Positions 29,694 through 37,804 are shown, counted from the first letter of the stretch. The stretch: DNA of 64,000 nucleotides from an uncultured Candidatus Rokubacteria bacterium (GCA_963771355.1 CAVYTA010000006.1:864001-928000), one strand, 5' to 3'. The notes: generated by a model from the letters alone, not told the origin. Program-made: numbers and translations.

Positions 29694-30443
29694 ATGAAGC
29701 CCGATCCGCGCTGGGGAAAGACCCCCGGCCCGCCCACTGTCAACAAATTCCTCGAGGGGCCGCAGCCCCGGCGCTTCGAGAAATGGAGCGCGCTCGATAT
29801 CTTGCGCGAGCTCGTGCGCGGCTTTCGTGCGCTGCACTCCGTCGGGCCATGCGTCACTGTGTTCGGCTCGGCCCGCTTCGGTGAGGACCACAAGTACTAC
29901 GCGCTCGCGCGCGAACTGGGGGCGGGGCTGGCTCGGGCGGGGTTCACGGTGATGACGGGCGGGGGGCCGGGCATCATGGAGGCGGCCAATCGCGGAGCCA
30001 AGGACGTGGGCGGCCGGTCCGTCGGATGCAATATCGAGCTGCCACGGGAACAGTGGCCGAATCCCTATCTGGACCGCTGGATCACCTTCCGGCACTTCTT
30101 CGTCCGGAAGCTCATGCTGATCAAGTACTCATACGCGTTCATCGCGCTGCCGGGCGGCTTCGGCACCCTGGACGAGATCTTCGAGACTGCTACCCTGATC
30201 CAGACCGGGAAGATCCAGCAATTTCCCCTGATTCTGATGGGGAGCGACTACTGGGAGCCGCTGATCGCCCTCCTGCGCGACCGACTCGTGGCAGAGCGCA
30301 CCATTGAGCCGGAGGACCTGGAGCGGATCACGGTGACGGATTCGCCGGAGGAGGCGGTGGAAACAGTCACCCGGGTGGGCATGGATCGCTTCGGCCTCAC
30401 CTACCGGCCGCCACCTCGACGGCGCCGGCTGCTGGGAGAGTGA
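29694..30443 (+). CDS. LOG-family (TIGR00730) nucleotide phosphoribohydrolase
   Basis: VFGSAR, TGGGPGIMEAANRGA, FFVRK, PGGFGTLDE. Confidence 0.92.
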   Translation: MKPDPRWGKTPGPPTVNKFLEGPQPRRFEKWSALDILRELVRGFRALHSVGPCVTVFGSARFGEDHKYYALARELGAGLARAGFTVMTGGGPGIMEAANRGAKDVGGRSVGCNIELPREQWPNPYLDRWITFRHFFVRKLMLIKYSYAFIALPGGFGTLDEIFETATLIQTGKIQQFPLILMGSDYWEPLIALLRDRLVAERTIEPEDLERITVTDSPEEAVETVTRVGMDRFGLTYRPPPRRRRLLGE

Positions 30444-30458
30444 GGCCGCGAGCGCGGA

Positions 30459-30581
30459 TCAGGCGCGCTTGGCGGCGCGGGCCGGCTTGGCCGGACACAT
30501 CTTGTGCAGCCACACCGAACCGAGCTTGACGTGATTGCCATTCCGGCGGATTCGCAGCTTGCACTTCGGACAGGTACCCAT
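30459..30581 (-). CDS. 40-aa basic microprotein with CxxC-x18-HxxC zinc finger
   Basis: MGTCPKCKLRIRRNGNHVKLGSVWLHKMCPAKPARAAKRA; SD AAGGAG 7 nt upstream; GGTG-TATACT -10 element at 30643-30634 (-); occupies an otherwise empty gap. Confidence 0.72.
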   Translation of the reverse strand: MGTCPKCKLRIRRNGNHVKLGSVWLHKMCPAKPARAAKRA

Positions 30582-30658
30582 CAGTATCTCCTTGGCTTGA
30601 AATCGCCGCCGCCGCGGGCGACAGCAAGGAGAGAGTATACACCGACCCGGGGGGATTC

Positions 30659-30991
30659 GTGAGCGCCGACTGCGTATTCTGCCGCATCGTGGTCCGCCAG
30701 ACACCCGCCGATATCGAGTACGAGGACGATGAGGTCCTCGCTTTCAAGGACATCTACCCCAAGGCTCCGCTTCACCTCCTGATCATCCCCAAGCGGCACA
30801 TCGAATCGCTCGCGAGCCTGGACCCCGATGATACCGCCGTGATGGGACGCTGCATCCAGACCGCGCGAATCCTCGGAGCGCGCGCGGGCTATGGTGACCG
30901 CGGCTACCGCGTCTCCTGTAACGTGGGACCCGAGGGCGGCCAGGTCGTCTACCACGTCCACTTCCACTTGACCGCCGGCCGGCGGAAGTGA
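30659..30991 (+). CDS. HIT (histidine triad) nucleotide-binding protein
   Basis: DCVFCRIV, AFKDIYPKAPLHLLIIPKRH, GGQVVYHVHFHL. Confidence 0.93.
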   Translation: MSADCVFCRIVVRQTPADIEYEDDEVLAFKDIYPKAPLHLLIIPKRHIESLASLDPDDTAVMGRCIQTARILGARAGYGDRGYRVSCNVGPEGGQVVYHVHFHLTAGRRK

Positions 30992-31731
30992 TCCGCGTCC
31001 GCGGCCTGCGCAAGCAGTATCCGGGCGGCCCGGTCGCTCTCGACGGCGTCGACCTGGACATCACCGAAGGCGAGCGGGTGGCCCTCATCGGACCGAGTGG
31101 AGCCGGGAAGTCCACGCTCTTGCGCTGCCTGAACGGTTTCGTCCCGCCCACGGACGGCGAGATCCGGGTGGGAGGCGCGAACGTCACGGGCGCCACTGGA
31201 GAGCGCCTCCGGCTGATCCGCGCCGGGATCGGCTTCGTCTTCCAGCAGTTCAACCTGCAGCGCCGCCTCTCCGTGCTCGAGAACGTGCTGATCGGAGGGC
31301 TCGCGCGGGCGCCCCGGCTCCGCTCGCTGCTGGGCCTATTTCCCGTCACTGATACGGTGCGCGCGCGCGCCGCCCTGGACCGGGTGGGGCTCGGCGGGCT
31401 CGACGACCGGCGCGTGGACACGCTGTCCGGAGGGCAACAGCAGCGAGTGGCCATCGCCCGCGTGCTCGTCCAGGAGCCCCGGGTCATCCTGGCTGACGAG
31501 CCCATGGCCAGCCTCGATCCCGCGCTGTCAGAATCAATCCTCGCGCTGCTCCAGCGCATCTCGGACGAGGACGGCATCACGGTGGTGACCTCACTCCATG
31601 TCCTCGATCTCGCGCGCCGGTATAGTCGCCGCGTGATCGGCCTGCGCGGTGGCCGTGTGGCCTATGACGGCTCACCCGAGGACCTCACCGAGGCGGAGGC
31701 GCAACGCATCTTCGCCGCCGCCTCGACCTGA
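30988..31731 (+). CDS. phnC: Phosphonate/phosphite ABC transporter ATPase
   Basis: GPSGAGKSTLLR, FQQFNL, LSGGQQQRVAIAR, LADEPMASLDP, SLH. Confidence 0.88.
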   Translation: MIRVRGLRKQYPGGPVALDGVDLDITEGERVALIGPSGAGKSTLLRCLNGFVPPTDGEIRVGGANVTGATGERLRLIRAGIGFVFQQFNLQRRLSVLENVLIGGLARAPRLRSLLGLFPVTDTVRARAALDRVGLGGLDDRRVDTLSGGQQQRVAIARVLVQEPRVILADEPMASLDPALSESILALLQRISDEDGITVVTSLHVLDLARRYSRRVIGLRGGRVAYDGSPEDLTEAEAQRIFAAAST

Positions 31732-32480
31732 TGCGAGCCTCCCGCTGGGTGGGTTGGGCCGCCATCATCGGACTTTTCCTCTGGTCGGCGGCCGCGACCG
31801 AGCTCTCGGCCGGCCGGCTGATCGAGGGTTCCCCGTACATGCTGGACTTCCTCCGACGCATGGTCCCACCGGACTTTTCCGTCCTCCGTCACGCGCTCAC
31901 CGGCGCGATGCAGACCTTCCAGATCGCGGTGGTGGGCACCGGGATCGCAGCCCTCCTCGCGTTGCCGATGGGCTTTGCGGCGGCGCGCAATGTCGCTCCC
32001 TCCTGGCTCTTCTATAGTGCCCGCTCCGTGCTGAACGTGTTTCGCGCGATTGACACCCTCGTCTACGCGCTCTTCTTCGTGGCAGCGGTGGGACTGGGGC
32101 CCTTTCCCGGTGTCCTCGCGGTGGTGGCCTATACGGCCACCGTGCTGGCCAAGCTCTATTCGGAAGCGATCGAGGCCATAGACCGGGGACCGGTGGAGGC
32201 GGTGGAAGCGTCCGGGGCCACGCGCCTCCAAGTCCTTCGCTGGGGAGTGCTGCCTCAGCTCGTGCCGCAGTTCCTGTCGTTCACGCTCTACCGCTTCGAG
32301 ACGAACATCCGGGCGGCGGCAATCCTGGGTTTCGTGGGGGCGGGGGGCATCGGCTTCTACATCCAGACCTATCTACGCATGCTCAACTATCCGGCCGCCT
32401 CCACGGTGCTGCTTGTGCTGATCGTCCTCGTCATGGCGGTGGACTTCACGTCTTCACGATTGCGCGCACGTCTCGTCTAG
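31731..32480 (+). CDS. phnE: Phosphonate/phosphite ABC transporter permease
   Basis: GLGPFPGVLA, AKLYSEAIEAID, YRFETNIRAAAILGFVGAGGIG. Confidence 0.9.
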   Translation: MRASRWVGWAAIIGLFLWSAAATELSAGRLIEGSPYMLDFLRRMVPPDFSVLRHALTGAMQTFQIAVVGTGIAALLALPMGFAAARNVAPSWLFYSARSVLNVFRAIDTLVYALFFVAAVGLGPFPGVLAVVAYTATVLAKLYSEAIEAIDRGPVEAVEASGATRLQVLRWGVLPQLVPQFLSFTLYRFETNIRAAAILGFVGAGGIGFYIQTYLRMLNYPAASTVLLVLIVLVMAVDFTSSRLRARLV

Positions 32481-32481
32481 C

Positions 32482-32518
32482 AAAACAAAAGGCTCCAGGG
32501 GGTTGCCCCCCTGGAGCC
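32482..32518 (-). terminator. Intrinsic terminator of the repeat-protein gene
   Basis: 12-bp stem GGCTCCAGGGGG/CCCCCTGGAGCC, GCAA loop on the - strand, followed by TTTTGTTTT on the - strand. Confidence 0.85.
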
Positions 32519-32543
32519 CGGTGGATCAGGTTAATTCAGCGAC

Positions 32544-33967
32544 TTACTTGATCAGGTCCATGGCGGCCCGGGCCTTCTGGGACGCCAGGCTAGAATTACC
32601 GGCCTTGCACGCCGCCTCGGCCTCACGAACCAGCGAGGTGGCACGGGAGAAGTCGGCGCGAGGAGCGTTGCCGTCCTGCCCGCGCGGCGCGTTGACATCC
32701 TGCGTCCGGGGCGCGTTGACATCCTGCGTCCGCGGCGCGTTCACGTCCTGCGTCCGGGGCGCGTTGACATCCTGCGTCCGGGGCGCATTGACATCCTGCG
32801 TCCGCGGCGCGTTCACGTCCTGCGTCCGGGGCGCGTTGACATCCTGCGTCCGCGGCGCGTTGACATCCTGCGTCCGCGGCGCGTTGACATCCTGCGTCCG
32901 CGGCGCGTTCACATCCTGGGTGCGAGGAGCCTGCACGCCCTGGCTACGCGGGGCGTTCACGTCCTGGGTCCGGGGCGCGTTCACGTCCTGGGTCCGAGGA
33001 GCCTGCACGCCCTGGCTGCGGGGCGCGTTCACATCCTGGGTCCGGGGCGCGTTCACATCCTGGGTCCGGGGCGCGTTCACATCCTGGGTCCGGGGCGCGT
33101 TCACATCCTGGGTCCGGGGCGCGTTCACATCCTGGGTCCGGGGCGCGTTCACATCCTGGGTCCGAGGAGCCTGCACGCCCTGGCTGCGGGGCGCGTTCAC
33201 ATCCTGGGTCCGGGGCGCGTTCACATCCTGGGTCCGGGGCGCGTTCACATCCTGGGTCCGGGGCGCGTTCACATCCTGGGTCCGAGGAGCCTGCACGCCC
33301 TGGCTGCGGGGCGCGTTCACATCCTGGGTCCGGGGCGCGTTCACATCCTGGGTCCGGGGCGCGTTCACATCCTGGGTCCGGGGCGCGTTCACGTCCTGGC
33401 GTCCGGGGCGCGTTCACATCCTGGGTCCGGGGCGCGTTCACGTCCTGGGTCCGGGGCGCGTTCACATCCTGGCGTCCGGGGCGCGTTCACATCCTGGGTC
33501 CGGGGCGCGTTCACATCCTGGGTCCGGGGCGCGTTCACATCCTGGGTCCGGGGCGCGTTCACGTCCTGGGTCCGGGGCGCGTTGACATCCTGCGTCCGGG
33601 GCGCATTCACATCCTGGGTACGAGGAGCCTGCACGCCCTGGCTACGCGGCGCGTTCACATCCTGGGTCCGGGGCGCGTTCACGTCCTGCGTCCGCGCACC
33701 CGCCAGCGAACGGGGCGCCTGCACTTCCTGGGGCCCCTGAGCCCGCGGGGCGTTGACATCTTGCGTCCGCGGCGCGTTGACATCCTGCGTCCGGGCGCCG
33801 GCCAGCGACCGAGGCGCATTGACATCTTGCGTGCGCGCCTGACGCTGCTCGATCATCGACTTCGCCTGGGCCACTTCGGGCGGGCAGCTGGTCTGCGCCG
33901 AGCTGACCGACGCCGACAGCGACGCCATGAACACCACACTGGTCACCGTCGCCAAAACCTTCTTCAT
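32544..33967 (-). CDS. Secreted tandem-repeat protein (about 473 aa once two apparent +1 insertions at about 33400 and 33472 are removed)
   Basis: SD GAAAGGA; signal peptide MKKVLATVTSVVFMASLSASVSSA; QTSCPPEVAQAKSMIEQRQAR; repeat block; unique tail ADFSRATSLVREAEAACKAGNSSLASQKARAAMDLIK. The span of 1424 nt minus 2 equals 474 codons. Confidence 0.8.
32658..33832 (-). repeat. Coding tandem repeat, 24-nt unit: 47 APR-ending units (40 TQDVNAPR, 5 SQGVQAPR, 1 AQGPQEVQAPR, 1 GQDGNAPR) plus 2 SLAGAR
   Basis: Head-to-tail ACATCCTGGGTCCGGGGCGCGTTC-type units on the + strand with no spacers; counted from the translations. Confidence 0.95.
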
Positions 33968-34086
33968 GAGTTCCGTCCTTTCAAACTTGGTTAACTGCCA
34001 CCAACCTGCTTACACCGCCGCCGCTTCGAATCATTGGTCAGAGGCGATCCGCCGCTTGTCCGGCCCCAACCTCGCAAAGGAGACAA

Positions 34087-34102
34087 TGCAGATGCGGTGC
34101 CA
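34087..34102 (-). promoter_or_regulatory. Sigma54 (-24/-12) promoter for the repeat-protein gene
   Basis: The - strand reads TGGCACCGCATCTGCA (TGGCAC; GG-N10-GC), about 120 nt upstream of the ATG. Confidence 0.7.
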
Positions 34103-34130
34103 TAGGGGACTCGCGGGAGAAACCATTACG

Positions 34131-34143
34131 GATCAACGGTTTA
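34131..34143. promoter_or_regulatory. Putative IHF site upstream of the sigma54 promoter
   Basis: GATCAACGGTTTA versus consensus WATCAANNNNTTR (one mismatch), about 30-40 nt upstream of the -24 box. Confidence 0.5.
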
Positions 34144-34272
34144 CCGCCGGCCTGAGTCCTACGCCCCCTAAGCCGAGGGGCGTTCTGCCCGACCATCCCG
34201 CAGGCCCCCATTGCCAATCTGCCGCGGAGCTGGGGCGACGCTGCGCTCCTCCTGACTCGTGAATCCGGATAC

Positions 34273-34301
34273 TTGTGATGATACACGTGGGCTGCTAGGC
34301 T
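34273..34301 (+). promoter_or_regulatory. Sigma70-type promoter for the M16 peptidase genes
   Basis: TTGTGA, 17 nt, TAGGCT with extended TG; ATG 34310 lies 8 nt downstream. Confidence 0.5.
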
Positions 34302-34309
34302 TCACCACC

Positions 34310-35656
34310 ATGACCGGTGCCCAGATGGTAAAACCCTACTCCGTGGTGGCGATGATGAGCATCCTCTTCCTGGGCGCCTGCGCGGCTACCTCCCAGCTGC
34401 CGGCCAAGTCCGCGTCCAGTGGCCCCTCCCGCGAGGTCCTGGCCAATGGACTCCGCCTCATCATCCAGGAGCATCCCGCCAGCGACGTGGTCGCCCTTCA
34501 CGTCTGGGTGGGCGTCGGCGGCCGGGACGAGGCGCCCGCCGAGCGTGGATTCTCACACTTCGCGGAACACATGCTCTTCAAGGGCACCGAGCATCGCGCC
34601 CCCGGATTCGTGGACCGCGAGATCGAGACGGTGGGGGGCCGGACCAATGCGGGGACGTCGTGGGACTACACCTTCTACTACATCCTCCTGCCGGCCTCCC
34701 AGACGGTGAAGGGCATCGAGATCCTGTCCGACATGATCTTCAACTCGGTGTTCGACGAGCGCGAGCTTGCCCGCGAACGGGAGGTGGTATTCGAGGAGAT
34801 CCGACTCGGCGAGGACAACCCGCGCAGCTACCTGGGACGCCGGCTGTACGAGCTGACCTTTCGAGGAGACACTTACGGCTATCCCGTACTGGGCGACCGG
34901 GACATCCTGCGAGCGTCCAGCCGGGAGACGCTCCGAGGCTTCTATGCGCGGCACTACGTCCCGGACAACCTGACGCTGGTGGTGGTGGGCGCCGTCCGGC
35001 CGGACGAGGTTCGCGCCGCGGTGGCCCGCACATTCGCGGCTCCTCCCGCGCGGGGTTACCGCCGTCCGGTCCCGCCCGCGCCCCGCCCGCTTGACGAGAG
35101 CCACCGCGAGGTGCGCCCGCGCCCGGAGCGGCAGAGCTCGATCGGACTGGCCTGGCTCGCGCCGCCCCTCGGTGAGCGCGACATGTTCGCCACGGATCTA
35201 CTGGCGCATATACTCGGCGGCTCCGCGTCGTCCCGCCTCAACCAGACCCTGCGCGAGCGGCTGCGCCTCGTCACCTCGATCAGGGCCAGCTACTCGGCCC
35301 TGCAGGCGACGGGCGTGCTCAGCATTACCGCGCTCTGCGAGCCCGACGACGTCGAGAAGGTGGAGGCCACGGTGCTGGCCGAGGTGAAGCGGATCCAGGA
35401 CGAAGGGGTGAGCCAGACCGAGCGCGACCGCGCGGTCACCGCGGCGGAGAGCCAGCACGCCTTCGCGACCGAGACCGCCGAGGGGCGCGCCTATGCCTAT
35501 GGCTTCGCCGAGACGCTCTGGACGCTCGAGGGGGAGCTCCGCTACCTGGAAGGGATCCGCGGGGTGACGCCCGAGCAGATCCGGGGGGCGGCCCGCCGAT
35601 ATCTGAGCGCTGCGAATTCGCGGCTCATCCTGAACCCCCGGGACCGCGCGCGATGA
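34310..35656 (+). CDS. M16B zinc peptidase, catalytic subunit, predicted lipoprotein
   Basis: Lipobox-like SILFLGAC; HFAEHMLFKGT (HxxEH); NAGTSWDYTFY; EREVVFEE; HYVPDN. Start ATG 34310 or 34325. Confidence 0.9.
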   Translation: MTGAQMVKPYSVVAMMSILFLGACAATSQLPAKSASSGPSREVLANGLRLIIQEHPASDVVALHVWVGVGGRDEAPAERGFSHFAEHMLFKGTEHRAPGFVDREIETVGGRTNAGTSWDYTFYYILLPASQTVKGIEILSDMIFNSVFDERELAREREVVFEEIRLGEDNPRSYLGRRLYELTFRGDTYGYPVLGDRDILRASSRETLRGFYARHYVPDNLTLVVVGAVRPDEVRAAVARTFAAPPARGYRRPVPPAPRPLDESHREVRPRPERQSSIGLAWLAPPLGERDMFATDLLAHILGGSASSRLNQTLRERLRLVTSIRASYSALQATGVLSITALCEPDDVEKVEATVLAEVKRIQDEGVSQTERDRAVTAAESQHAFATETAEGRAYAYGFAETLWTLEGELRYLEGIRGVTPEQIRGAARRYLSAANSRLILNPRDRAR

Positions 35657-36954
35657 TCAGGCACCTCGTGGCCGGCGCGCTCCTCGCCGGTCTCGCCTTC
35701 GCCGGCCCGGCGCGCGCGGCCGAGCCCGTGGTCTTGCGCGAGCGACTTCCCGGTGGGCTCACCGTGCTCGTGCGCGAGAATCCGAGCGCGCCGGTGGTGG
35801 CGGTGTCCGTGCTCGTCCGCGTGGGCTCGCGGTGGGAGCGCGAGGACAATGCCGGCATCACCAATCTCATGCAGCAGGTGCTGGTGAAGGGCACGCGGAG
35901 CCGCTCGGCGCTGGCCATCGCGGAGGCGGCCGAGGACGTCGGAGGGGGCGTCAGCGCGTCGGGCGACACGGACGCTTCCGAGATCCGTGGCAGCGGGCTC
36001 TCGCGGCACTGGCCGCGGGTGCTCGAGCTGATCGCCGATGTAACCCTGCGCCCGTCGCTGCCGGACCCGGAGATCGACGCCGAGCGCCGGGTGGTGCAGA
36101 GCGCGCTGCGAAGCCGCGGGGATCAACCCTTCCAGCGTGCCTACGACACGCTCATGGAGCGCGTGTATGGCCCGCACCCGTACTCGCGGCCGGTGCTGGG
36201 CCGGACGGCCGTGGTGGCGCGCCTGGACCGGGCCGCGCTGCTCGAGCACTATCGCACCTTCTACCGGGCGGGACGGACCGTCGTGTCCGTGAGCGGAGAC
36301 GTCTCCGCGCCCGAAGTGGCGGCGGAGGTGCGACGCCTCTTCGCGGAGATGCCCCCGGGCGAGGGAAACGTGAGCGAGCCGTCGGTCACCCCCGTCACGA
36401 CCCCCGGGCGCGTGCGGGTGGCCCATCCCGCCGCCCAGGCCCAGGTGCTTGCGGGGACGGTCGGGCCCGCCATCGCGCACCGAGACTATGCGGCGGTGAA
36501 AGTGCTGAGCGTCGCGCTCGGCGGCGGCATGGCGGGGCGTCTCTTCACCGAGCTTCGGGACAAGCAGGGCCTGGCCTACTCCACCGGCGCGATCAACCCA
36601 TCCCGCGTCCATCCCTCGGTCCTCATCGCCTACCTGGGCACCGCCCCCGACAATGCCGAGCGGGCCGAGGACGGCATGCGGCGCGAGCTCGAGCGGATCG
36701 CCCGCGAGGCGGTAAGTCCCGACGAGCTCGCGCGGGCGAAGGCGTACCTTCTGGGACAGTTTGTCCTCGACCGCCGGACCAACGCGCGGCTGGCCTGGTA
36801 TCAGGCATATTTCGAATCGGCGGGAGTGGGCCACGATTTCGCCCGTCGCTACATCCGGGCGGTGGAGTCGGTCACCGTGGAAGACCTGCTGCGCGTGGCG
36901 CAAGCCTACCTGGCCGCCCCCGCATTTGTGAGCTTGCAGCCGCCCGCCCGTTAG
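35653..36954 (+). CDS. M16B peptidase, non-catalytic partner subunit, exported
   Basis: Signal peptide ...AGPARA; HxxEH replaced by NLMQQ; carries the R/Y motif RLFTELRDKQGLAYS; ATGA overlap with the upstream gene. Confidence 0.88.
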   Translation: MIRHLVAGALLAGLAFAGPARAAEPVVLRERLPGGLTVLVRENPSAPVVAVSVLVRVGSRWEREDNAGITNLMQQVLVKGTRSRSALAIAEAAEDVGGGVSASGDTDASEIRGSGLSRHWPRVLELIADVTLRPSLPDPEIDAERRVVQSALRSRGDQPFQRAYDTLMERVYGPHPYSRPVLGRTAVVARLDRAALLEHYRTFYRAGRTVVSVSGDVSAPEVAAEVRRLFAEMPPGEGNVSEPSVTPVTTPGRVRVAHPAAQAQVLAGTVGPAIAHRDYAAVKVLSVALGGGMAGRLFTELRDKQGLAYSTGAINPSRVHPSVLIAYLGTAPDNAERAEDGMRRELERIAREAVSPDELARAKAYLLGQFVLDRRTNARLAWYQAYFESAGVGHDFARRYIRAVESVTVEDLLRVAQAYLAAPAFVSLQPPAR

Positions 36955-36983
36955 GGCACTGCGCCACCGGCCGATCAACCGGC

Positions 36984-37709
36984 ATGTTTCCGCTCAAGGA
37001 CGACGTTCCCGGCCGCACCACGCCCTTCATCACCGTCGGCCTCATCGCGATCAACGTCGTCGTGTTCCTCTACCAGATCTCACTCGGTATCGAGGGCTCG
37101 ACGCCCGGCGGCGCTGTTCGCGAGCTCATCCTGGAGTTCGGCCTCACCCCCTGCCGGCTCACCGGTCACTGCGTCGATGCACCGCCGGGCCTGCCGTCGC
37201 CCTGGGTCACCATGTTCACGTCCATGTTCCTCCACGGCGGCCTCTTCCACGTCGGCGGGAACATGCTGTACCTGTGGATCTTCGGCGACAATGTCGAGGA
37301 TACGCTGGGCCACGGCCGCTTCCTGATCTTCTATCTGCTCAGCGGCGTGGCCGCCGCGCTCGTACAGACGATGGTGAGTCCGGCCTCCGCGATCCCGATG
37401 CTGGGGGCGAGTGGGGCGGTCTCGGGCGTGCTCGGCGCTTACCTGTTGCTCTTCCCGCACGCCCGGGTGCTCACCCTGCTTATCTTCGGGTTCTTCTTCC
37501 GCATGGTCCATATTCCGGCCGTCGTCGTGCTCGGCTTCTGGATCGTCGTGCAGGCCGTGAACGGCTTCTTGACCGTCACCGTCACCGCCGTCCGCGGCGA
37601 GTCCGCCGGGGGCGGGGTGGCGTGGTTCGCCCATATCGGCGGCTTCGTGGCCGGCATGGGCCTTCTTTTCGTGTTCCGCTCGCGGCGCGACCCGCGCGAA
37701 CCCTACTAG
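36984..37709 (+). CDS. Rhomboid intramembrane serine protease
   Basis: MFPLKDD, TSMFLHGG..HVGGNMLYLWIFGDNVED, GASGAVSG, VAWFAHIGGF. Confidence 0.93.
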   Translation: MFPLKDDVPGRTTPFITVGLIAINVVVFLYQISLGIEGSTPGGAVRELILEFGLTPCRLTGHCVDAPPGLPSPWVTMFTSMFLHGGLFHVGGNMLYLWIFGDNVEDTLGHGRFLIFYLLSGVAAALVQTMVSPASAIPMLGASGAVSGVLGAYLLLFPHARVLTLLIFGFFFRMVHIPAVVVLGFWIVVQAVNGFLTVTVTAVRGESAGGGVAWFAHIGGFVAGMGLLFVFRSRRDPREPY

Positions 37710-37804
37710 TCTCTGGGTCGGCACCGTCACTTCCGCTATACTGAACGCGCTCCCCAGGTACCGGCGCGGCCCCGACCGCGACCCTCCAGCGCGAGGAGAC
37801 GGAG

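Noticed and set aside
32944..33465. PGCERAPD-repeat protein
   Set aside because: Out-of-frame reading created by the two +1 insertions.
32503..33585. 360-aa + strand ORF with GAFTSWVR/GALTSCVR repeats
   Set aside because: Antisense shadow of the repeat gene: it starts inside the terminator, variation is nonsynonymous in this frame, and the SD, signal peptide, promoter and terminator all support the - strand.
32658..33832. CRISPR array
   Set aside because: Units are head-to-tail with no unique spacers, the period is a multiple of 3, variation is synonymous, and there are no cas genes.
28549..34300. Genomic island integrated at tRNA-Ala
   Set aside because: No integrase or transposase, and I found no duplicated tRNA 3' end by eye.
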